Of a stretch of 64,000 bases of DNA, positions 56,987-64,000 are shown piece after piece. The notes under the pieces were generated by a model that saw only the letters and a list, made by a program, of their open reading frames with translations, did not search any database and was not told the origin of the DNA. Position 1 is the stretch's first letter. Each line of letters begins with the position of its first letter. The stretch comes from an uncultured Micavibrio sp. (GTDB lineage Bacteria; Pseudomonadota; Alphaproteobacteria; Micavibrionales; UBA1664): positions 1,963-65,962 of the forward strand of contig CAZHEE010000008.1 in assembly GCA_964531715.1 (NCBI GenBank), written 5' to 3'. Position numbers and translations under genes: made by a program.

Positions 56987-58102
56987 ATGCATAGCCTTGT
57001 ATTGGGGATAGAAAGCTCTTGTGACGAGACAGCGGCGGCCGTTGTGGCGCAGGACGGCACAATTTTATCCAATATTATCTCCTCACAAATTGTGAACCAT
57101 GAACGGTTCGGCGGCGTGGTACCCGAAATCGCGGCGCGCGCCCATCTTGATCAGATTGAGGTCATTATTGATACGGCCTTAAAAGATGCCAATGTGGGCT
57201 TAAAGGACTTAAGCGGTATTGCCGCAACCTGCGGGCCTGGGCTTGTTGGCGGGGTGATAGTCGGCATGATGGCAGGAAAGACACTCGCCCTTATGAATGA
57301 TAAGCCCTTTATCGGAATTAATCATCTTGAGGGGCATGTGCTTTCACCGCAACTATCTGATAATGTGGCGTTTCCTTATCTTGTGTTGCTGATTTCAGGG
57401 GCGCATACGCAAATTCTCATTGCGCATGATTTAGGGCATTATGAAATGCTTGGCACAACACTGGATGACGCGTGCGGGGAATGTTTTGACAAGGTCGGGC
57501 GCATGCTCGGGCTTCCTTTTCCGGGTGGAAAATATGTGGCCGCCCTTGCCGCAAAATGTGTTGATAGGGCAGAAGCGGCGAAGCGATTCTCTTTACCGAA
57601 ACCACTTAAAGGGCGCGAGGGGTGTGATTTTTCATTTTCGGGTTTAAAAACCGCCGTCCTCAGGCATGTTGAGAAACTGTCAGAGAACTGCAACCCCGTG
57701 TCCGCGCACGGGGATGCGCATACAGATTTGGCAGCATCTTTCGAGGATGCAGTCGCAGACGTGATTCTCGACAGAATGGAACAAGCCATCACAATCTTCA
57801 AAAAACATTATCCGAATAAAAAGGCGCATATCGTGACAGGCGGCGGTGTTGCGGCAAATAAGACAATCAAGGCAAGGCTTGCCGACTTGACAAGCAGGCA
57901 TCAGATGATTTTTACTGCACCACCATCGTCACTTTGTACTGACAATGGTGCAATGATCGCATGGGCAGGTTTGCAACGATTGAACCGCGGCTTAATAAAT
58001 TCGTTAGATATGAAGGCAAGGCCGCGCTGGCCTTTAGAGGAGCTTAAAAAAGAATTTCAACCGCAGAGGCGCAGAGATACAGAGGTATTAATTAAATGTT
58101 AG
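56987..58102 (+). CDS. tsaD: tRNA N6-adenosine threonylcarbamoyltransferase TsaD
   Basis: The motifs GIESSCDETA and NHLEGH are present, with a Kae1/TsaD fold. The last ~15 aa are encoded by a repeat arm. Confidence 0.95.
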   Translation: MHSLVLGIESSCDETAAAVVAQDGTILSNIISSQIVNHERFGGVVPEIAARAHLDQIEVIIDTALKDANVGLKDLSGIAATCGPGLVGGVIVGMMAGKTLALMNDKPFIGINHLEGHVLSPQLSDNVAFPYLVLLISGAHTQILIAHDLGHYEMLGTTLDDACGECFDKVGRMLGLPFPGGKYVAALAAKCVDRAEAAKRFSLPKPLKGREGCDFSFSGLKTAVLRHVEKLSENCNPVSAHGDAHTDLAASFEDAVADVILDRMEQAITIFKKHYPNKKAHIVTGGGVAANKTIKARLADLTSRHQMIFTAPPSSLCTDNGAMIAWAGLQRLNRGLINSLDMKARPRWPLEELKKEFQPQRRRDTEVLIKC

Positions 58103-58584
58103 AGAGAGCACTTACAATTATAAAAACTATAGAATATCTAACAATAGCTTCTGTTTGTCCTAATGGTTTACCATGGAACACGCCTGTGTTCACCTCTTAC
58201 GATTCTAATCTAAATTTTTATTGGGGATCTTATAAAGAAAACCAGCATTCGCTTAATATTATGAATAATAATAATGTATTTTGTGTTTTATATGATAGTC
58301 GTGCAAAAGAAGGAACTGGAGAAGGGTTATATTTGGAAGGATATGCAGATATGTTAACAGATAATGAAACTATGCAGTATGCTTTAAATATGCTTATGAA
58401 GCGGTCAGGTCATTTTGGTAAAAATACTGATAATTATAAAGATGATAAACCACGAAGGTTATATCGTTTTATTCCTGAAAGAATATGGATGAATGATGGC
58501 GATACAAAAAATGGTGAATATATTGATATTCGTACTCAAATAGATAAACAAAGACTCTGCGCTCTTTGCGCCTCTGCGGTTTAA
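58096..58584 (+). CDS. Pyridoxamine 5'-phosphate oxidase-like FMN-binding family protein
   Basis: The 162-aa N-terminus ...YLTIASVCPNGLPWNTPVF...FYWGSYKENQHSLNI resembles the split-barrel PNPOx-like family. The region is very AT-rich and is bracketed by 15-bp inverted repeats. Confidence 0.65.
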   Translation: MLERALTIIKTIEYLTIASVCPNGLPWNTPVFTSYDSNLNFYWGSYKENQHSLNIMNNNNVFCVLYDSRAKEGTGEGLYLEGYADMLTDNETMQYALNMLMKRSGHFGKNTDNYKDDKPRRLYRFIPERIWMNDGDTKNGEYIDIRTQIDKQRLCALCASAV

Positions 58585-58596
58585 TAAGGATATAAA

Positions 58597-59592
58597 ATGA
58601 CACAAAAAATCGGTGTAATCGGATCAGGGGCATGGGGAACGGCTTTGGCACATATTCAGGCCGAGGCAGGTCGCGATGTGACCTTGTGGGCTCGAGAAGC
58701 CTCCATTTCCGATCAAATTTCCGAGTCAAACGAGAATACATCCTACCTCCCCGGTGTTAAGCTCAATCCTTCTATCAAGGTTACAAACAGTCTATCTGCT
58801 CTACATGAATGCGATATTTTCTTACTGGTCACGCCGGCGCAATATCTCCGCCCGACTTTGGAAGGCTTACGCCACGAATCACTGAACGGAAAGCCGATTG
58901 TGATTTGTTCTAAAGGTATCGAGATTGAAAGCGGGCGCATGCTCTCACGCGTGGTTGAGGAAGTCTTGCCTAACAGCATCCCTGTTGTCATGACAGGGCC
59001 TTGTTTCGCGCGTGAGGTTGCCCTTGGACTGCCGACCGGAGTAACGATTGCTTGTGAAAATCTGGATGTTGCTAGAGATTTGTCAGAACAGCTGGGCTGT
59101 CGCAATTTTCGTGCCTATGTTACGGCCGACATTATCGGGGCACAGATTGGGGCCGCGGTGAAAAACGTTCTGGCCATTGCTTGTGGCGCAATTTACGGTC
59201 TCAAATTAGGTGAGAATGCCCGCGCGGCCTTGATTACACGCGGTATCGCGGAGATGGGGCGACTGGCCAAAGCCATGGGGGCTGATGAAAAAACCCTGAT
59301 GGGTATGTGCGGCTTTGGTGATGTGATGCTGACCTGCACCTCTATGCAATCCCGCAATTACTCGCTTGGCGTCATGCTCGGTGAAGGGCGAAGCCTTCAA
59401 GATATCATGGGTGAACGTCAATCAGTCACGGAAGGGGTTCATACCGCCGAAGCGCTAAAAAAACTTGCCTATTCAAACGCGGTTGATATGCCCATCGCCG
59501 AAACAGTTTATCAATGCCTCTGTGAGGACATGCCATTGAACGAGGCGAAAAATCAACTCCTCGATCGTCCGTTTGCAAAGATAAAAGGTTAA
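58597..59592 (+). CDS. gpsA: NAD(P)H-dependent glycerol-3-phosphate dehydrogenase
   Basis: The Rossmann motif IGSGAWGTALA, the 331-aa length and GpsA-like C-terminal motifs (NYSLGVMLGEG) are present. Confidence 0.95.
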   Translation: MTQKIGVIGSGAWGTALAHIQAEAGRDVTLWAREASISDQISESNENTSYLPGVKLNPSIKVTNSLSALHECDIFLLVTPAQYLRPTLEGLRHESLNGKPIVICSKGIEIESGRMLSRVVEEVLPNSIPVVMTGPCFAREVALGLPTGVTIACENLDVARDLSEQLGCRNFRAYVTADIIGAQIGAAVKNVLAIACGAIYGLKLGENARAALITRGIAEMGRLAKAMGADEKTLMGMCGFGDVMLTCTSMQSRNYSLGVMLGEGRSLQDIMGERQSVTEGVHTAEALKKLAYSNAVDMPIAETVYQCLCEDMPLNEAKNQLLDRPFAKIKG

Positions 59593-59720
59593 GAAATCTT
59601 AAGCTTCTGGCTTTATATTCACAATTTATCTTAAATTTTAGATATTTTTTATCCAATCTTTATATATTATCCTGTACACTTATAAACAGCTTGTGAAAAA
59701 ATAAAAAAAGGATAAAAGCC

Positions 59721-60122
59721 ATGGGTCTCCCCATTCTGGTTGTTGATGACAATGAATTTATTCGCGCATCGATGATAAAATTTTTAGAAGGTCATAATTA
59801 TAAAGCCAAAGGCGTGGAGGGCGCAAAACAAGCCATAGAATCCTTGGGTTCTGAGCAATATAGCCTTATTATTACCGATATTCTTATGCCTGATATGGAC
59901 GGGTTTGAATTGATTGACCATGTTCGTGAAGGTAAAGGTATGAACGCATCTGTCCCGATTATTGCAATTAGTGGCGGCGGACGAGCGGTTGATGCCTCAA
60001 CCTTGCTTCAATCACTCGAAGAGAAGGTAGATTATGTCTTAAGGAAACCTTTTACCAAAAAAGACTTACTGGATAAAGTCGGCGAACTCTTGGCAAAAAA
60101 TAAAGAAAAAGCAAAAGCTTAA
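59721..60122 (+). CDS. Single-domain response regulator (CheY-like receiver)
   Basis: The canonical residues are present: VVDDNEF, ITDILMPDMDG, AISGGG and LRKPF. Confidence 0.85.
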   Translation: MGLPILVVDDNEFIRASMIKFLEGHNYKAKGVEGAKQAIESLGSEQYSLIITDILMPDMDGFELIDHVREGKGMNASVPIIAISGGGRAVDASTLLQSLEEKVDYVLRKPFTKKDLLDKVGELLAKNKEKAKA

Positions 60123-60152
60123 ATAATAATAAAGATAACGGGGGAGTCGATA

Positions 60153-60566
60153 ATGAAGATACTGATTATTGATGATGTTGATTACATCCGTAAATCAATT
60201 CAAAAAGTTTTAAGCGACAATAATTTCACTTGCCAAACCTGCATTAATGGGCGGGATGCGGTGAATAAATTGGGTGATGAGGAATTTGATCTCATCATTA
60301 CTGATATAATGATGCCCGATATGGATGGGTTTGAATTCTTGGATTATATTCGCTCTCAAGATGGGCATCTATCAACAATGCCCGTCATTGCGATGAGTGG
60401 GGGGAGCAAGACGATTGATTCCGAAACCGCATTAAAAATTATTGAAGAAAAAACTAACGCAATTTTGAAAAAACCATTTGGTAAAAACGATCTTCTGAAA
60501 ACGATTGAGCAAGTTATTGGTAGTGATAAATATCATGCGCTGACGGCCGCAACAGCCAGCGCATAA
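60153..60566 (+). CDS. Single-domain response regulator (CheY-like receiver), tandem paralogue
   Basis: The residues IIDDVDY, ITDIMMPDMDG, AMSGGS and LKKPF are present, and it is clearly paralogous to the preceding gene. Confidence 0.85.
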   Translation: MKILIIDDVDYIRKSIQKVLSDNNFTCQTCINGRDAVNKLGDEEFDLIITDIMMPDMDGFEFLDYIRSQDGHLSTMPVIAMSGGSKTIDSETALKIIEEKTNAILKKPFGKNDLLKTIEQVIGSDKYHALTAATASA

Positions 60567-60573
60567 CTATCGA

Positions 60574-60933
60574 TTAGCCGCCTATCATTGGCGGCAATTT
60601 TTCACCGCCGAGGATGTGCATATGGAGGTGTGGCACTTCCTGCCCGCCATGGTCGCCACTGTTGTAAACCGCGCGATAACCGTTTTCTTTCAGGTTATAT
60701 TTCTTAATCGTCGCGGCAATGGCTTTATTAAAATCGAGAATCTCATCCTCAGAAGCCTGTGTAGTAAAATCTGTTAAATCTTTATACGCACCGCGTGGAA
60801 TAATGAGGATATGGATTGCCGCTTGCGGTGCAATATCTTCGAAAGCCACACAATGCTGTGATTCATAGATAAAGTTTGAAGGAATCTCACCACGCAAAAT
60901 TTTTGCAAAAATGTTATTTGGAGCGTATGTCAT
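60574..60933 (-). CDS. HIT family (histidine triad) protein
   Basis: The histidine triad HLHMHILGG is present, and the length is 119 aa. Confidence 0.9.
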   Translation of the reverse strand: MTYAPNNIFAKILRGEIPSNFIYESQHCVAFEDIAPQAAIHILIIPRGAYKDLTDFTTQASEDEILDFNKAIAATIKKYNLKENGYRAVYNSGDHGGQEVPHLHMHILGGEKLPPMIGG

Positions 60934-62351
60934 GATATTAAATCCCTACCATTCAAAATTTCCAATTCAGGCAATACCCATAAGCCATCATCCATAATGA
61001 TGTCACCATCGGCATAGATTTTCCCTTCTTTGCCAAGGAGCATGGTCGTGATATCCCAATGCAGGCGGGAGCGATTGCCGTTATCGACAATCACATCCTG
61101 CCCATCATAGTTTGTCATCTCAAAGGCACTGCCCAGCGCAATATGAAATGAGCCGCCGATTTTTTCAACCAAAAGTATTGAGGCGACTTGCGTTTTCCAA
61201 AACGGGTTCGTACCAATGCCGATTTCCCCGACATAGCGCGACCCCTCATCCGTATTCACTGTATCATCCAAAATATCTTGCCCATTTTCAGCACTATAAC
61301 TTTCGAGGTAACCATCCTTGAAATTGAGCGTGATATCCTCGACAATTTCGTTTTGAAAGCCTTTCACCGCAAATTTTCCTTTGGCAACGACTGTCCCATT
61401 CACGCTGTCTTTCCTCGGCGCGGAAAAGACTTCAGACCCCGGAATATTGCGCAGAATGGTTGAATTCACAAATGTGAAACCATTAATGCTCATGCTCAAA
61501 TCCGTGCCGTCATTATTAGTGAATCTCAGTGTTTTTGTGGCATTCAAACGCTCTATCAATTTCGCCTGAACATCATGTATAGCGGGCCAGTCTTGATTAC
61601 ACATTGTAAAGAAATCGCGCACATATGTTTCGTAATCCAACTCATCCACCGCGGCATCGATGCGACTTGGGATTAGCGTGAAGCATGGCTGAATCTTGCC
61701 TGACATTGACCATTCACGCAGCAGTATTGCCGCATCATCATAGGCTTTCTTTTTCTTGGCATCGGTTTTAATAACCGTATGTTCGGGCAAATTGCACAAG
61801 GCCATTAAACGATGCGTCACATGAGAGCGCATGAGCGCGTAAGTCTCGCCAAAGCCAGCGGCCTGAACCTCATCACAATGATTGAGGAGCAAGGCCTTAA
61901 AATTCTCATCAAAAATTGAGACATCAAATTTCACCCCATCCTCAACACATTTATCGAACAGGAAACATCCGATTGCGCGTCCATGGTCACCGATTTCCAA
62001 TATCGGCACATCTTTTTTCGGGTCTTTGGTTTTATAGAGATTATCGGCAAGAGCCTTTTGGCGTTCTTTTTCAACAGGCGGCGAAGTAAAATCTTTCCAT
62101 GTCGGAAAAGTTCCGCGATAAAACTGATCCCGAAATTCCTTGTGATTTTCCATGCGGGCAGAGAAAATATGCTCAAGCCTTTGAATACGGTGAAGCAATT
62201 CAAAAGCCTCATCCGCATGAGAGAGATCTTCTTCCTGCGCGGCATCCAGCAATTTATCGGCATGGTCACGCCACAAGGATGGCACGGCGGCCCATCGTGC
62301 CAACCGTTCCAAACGTAGATTAAAGTAAGGGGATATGTCTTTTAATAGCAT
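60930..62351 (-). CDS. Aminopeptidase, M29 (AmpS/PepS)-like
   Basis: The C-terminal motifs GEIGIGTNP, GSFHIALGSAFE and SRLHWDITT resemble peptidase family M29. It has an N-terminal extension of about 60 aa. Confidence 0.65.
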   Translation of the reverse strand: MLLKDISPYFNLRLERLARWAAVPSLWRDHADKLLDAAQEEDLSHADEAFELLHRIQRLEHIFSARMENHKEFRDQFYRGTFPTWKDFTSPPVEKERQKALADNLYKTKDPKKDVPILEIGDHGRAIGCFLFDKCVEDGVKFDVSIFDENFKALLLNHCDEVQAAGFGETYALMRSHVTHRLMALCNLPEHTVIKTDAKKKKAYDDAAILLREWSMSGKIQPCFTLIPSRIDAAVDELDYETYVRDFFTMCNQDWPAIHDVQAKLIERLNATKTLRFTNNDGTDLSMSINGFTFVNSTILRNIPGSEVFSAPRKDSVNGTVVAKGKFAVKGFQNEIVEDITLNFKDGYLESYSAENGQDILDDTVNTDEGSRYVGEIGIGTNPFWKTQVASILLVEKIGGSFHIALGSAFEMTNYDGQDVIVDNGNRSRLHWDITTMLLGKEGKIYADGDIIMDDGLWVLPELEILNGRDLIS

Positions 62352-62564
62352 TTTAAAAGTATGGTGCGTTTGCTACTGCTTATCAATCCCTTTCCCTTAA
62401 CACGAAGTTCACGAAGTCAAAGAAGCAGTCGCGAAGAAATTTAAAAAAGTTTAGCGATAACTTCGCGCTCTTCGTATCTTCCGCGTTAAAATTATTCGGA
62501 TTGCATAGACATACGACTTATTGAGGGTTAAAAAGAGACAAGTAATTAATTAGGAGTTTAAGAC

Positions 62565-63302
62565 ATGTTTAATCTAGAAGGAAAAATAGCCCTCGTAACA
62601 GGCGCGACAGGCGGTATCGGCGGCGCGATTGCAAAGGCTCTCCATGCACAAGGCGCACATATTGCCATCACGGGTCGGAATGAGGAAAAGATCCAGGCTC
62701 TGTTATCCGAATTATGCCCGAATTGTAAGGCGTTCCCTACCGACCTCTCTTCCTCTTCTGCTGTTCAGAACTTGGTAAAGCAGGTTGAGGCGGAGATGGG
62801 TGGTATTGATATTCTTGTCAATAATGCCGGTCTGACACGCGATGGCCTATCCATGCGGATGAAAGATGAAGACTGGCAGCAAGTGATTGATGTCAATATG
62901 ACCGCGACATTTAAACTGGCGAAGGCTGTCCAGCGTGGCATGATGAAAAAACGCAATGGGCGCATTATCAATGTCGCGTCCGTTGTTGGTGTGACTGGCA
63001 ATCCGGGGCAGTGTAATTATGTTGCGTCAAAGGCAGGGATGATTGGCTGGTCAAAATCAATGGCGGCAGAGGTTGCCTCGCGCGGTATTACCGTGAATTG
63101 TATCGCGCCCGGTTTTATTGCAACGGCCATGACGGATGCCTTAACCGATGATCAAAAGAATAAAATCAATTCAACCATCCCTGCAGGGCGTATGGGGGAG
63201 GCTAGCGATATTGCGGCGGCAACGGTTTATCTTGCCTCTGACGAGGCCAACTATGTGAACGGGGCGACCATTCATGTGAATGGCGGCATGGCGATGATTT
63301 AA
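62565..63302 (+). CDS. fabG: 3-oxoacyl-[acyl-carrier-protein] reductase FabG
   Basis: The motifs TGATGGIGGAIA, NNAG and the catalytic YVASKAG are present, and the length is 245 aa. Confidence 0.9.
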   Translation: MFNLEGKIALVTGATGGIGGAIAKALHAQGAHIAITGRNEEKIQALLSELCPNCKAFPTDLSSSSAVQNLVKQVEAEMGGIDILVNNAGLTRDGLSMRMKDEDWQQVIDVNMTATFKLAKAVQRGMMKKRNGRIINVASVVGVTGNPGQCNYVASKAGMIGWSKSMAAEVASRGITVNCIAPGFIATAMTDALTDDQKNKINSTIPAGRMGEASDIAAATVYLASDEANYVNGATIHVNGGMAMI

Positions 63303-63353
63303 GGCGTTAATCTCCCTTTGCATCACGAAAACAGACAAGGTACACTTGCATCC

Positions 63354-64000
63354 ATGCATATTCTTGTCTTGGGACAGCAGATACAGGGTTTAATCACCGC
63401 CGCACTTGCCGCGCAAAGTGGGCATAAGGTCGATATTCTCGATTTTGAGGAGAATAACGATTATGACGAATTTCATGGAGAGTGCAAGGTCGGGCCTGTC
63501 ACGCACCTGCCTCTCCCGCTATCTAAAGATATGGTCGAGAGGCTCAGCCTATCAACCTATGGGTTTGAGCCAACGGATGTGGTGCAGGTCACCAACCCGT
63601 TTCAAAAGCTTCCTTTTTATGATGTTTTGAAAGTTCTCGCCGATATGTTTATCGCGATTGAGGCGGATCGCCCTGCCTATCGTGAAAAAGCCTGGCGCGA
63701 TGCGTGGAGCACATTTGAAATCGGGCGCATTTTGTCCGAAAAAACTCCGGAGGTGCAATCACTTTTTGCGAAAAGCACTACGCTTTCGCTCCTCGACTTG
63801 CTTAATCAAAGTGAGATTGATGATAAGGTCAAGGCCGACATTATCGCGATGAGCGTTCTCGGCTCTAAAACCGACCCTGCCATGAAGGGCAGTGCCGCCG
63901 CTATCCTACCTGCCATTGCTATACCCGAGCGACCTGACACTCACTTGGTTCACGGCAGTTTACATGGCCTGATGCGCGCGCTGAAACAATGTTGTATGGC
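63354..64000 (+). CDS. FAD/NAD-dependent oxidoreductase-like protein (phytoene-desaturase-like), 3' end outside window
   Basis: The frame stays open from ATG 63354 to the window end (MHILVLGQQIQGLITAALAAQSGHKVDILDFEE...). The dinucleotide-binding motif looks degenerate. I translated this ORF by hand because it is not in the supplied track. Confidence 0.45.
   Translation, partial: MHILVLGQQIQGLITAALAAQSGHKVDILDFEENNDYDEFHGECKVGPVTHLPLPLSKDMVERLSLSTYGFEPTDVVQVTNPFQKLPFYDVLKVLADMFIAIEADRPAYREKAWRDAWSTFEIGRILSEKTPEVQSLFAKSTTLSLLDLLNQSEIDDKVKADIIAMSVLGSKTDPAMKGSAAAILPAIAIPERPDTHLVHGSLHGLMRALKQCCM

Overview
The window is a chromosomal segment, moderately AT-rich by eye, that looks like a host- or amoeba-associated alphaproteobacterium; this placement is inferred from gene content only. 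About 60 CDS are supported.

- **Housekeeping genes:** truA (5' truncated by the window edge), cmk-rpsA, sdhB, htpX, rsmB, rapZ, a DEAD-box helicase, DUF484-xerC, yfgM-like/bamB, asmA, acyl-CoA dehydrogenase, yidD-yidC, hemC-hemD followed by a Mic60/mitofilin-like gene, tsaD, gpsA and fabG.
- **Partial flagellar set:** flgB-flgC-fliE, a small flhB-C-terminal-like gene, and fliO-fliP.
- **Efflux:** one RND operon (adaptor, pump, outer-membrane factor).
- **Main accessory content:** two blocks of Dot/Icm-type (type IVB) secretion genes. They are icmL/K/E/G-like at 39.2-43.6 kb and lytic transglycosylase-dotD-dotC-dotB-like at 47.9-50.9 kb. The two blocks sandwich yidD-yidC and come with several unassigned genes.
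- **Least explained genes:** a tightly coupled AAA_5 (MoxR/CobS-like) ATPase plus an unknown 275-aa partner at 51.9-53.7 kb. They are wedged between the hemCD-Mic60-like unit and an AraC/GyrI regulator.
- **Repeats:** intergenic DNA carries several short palindromic repeat families. One full copy lies in frame inside rsmB. One inverted-repeat pair brackets an AT-rich single-gene cassette between tsaD and gpsA. A 570-bp repeat island splits the flagellar genes.

I recognised no rRNA, tRNA or CRISPR array. All family calls come from motif, length and synteny recognition by eye, not from database searches.
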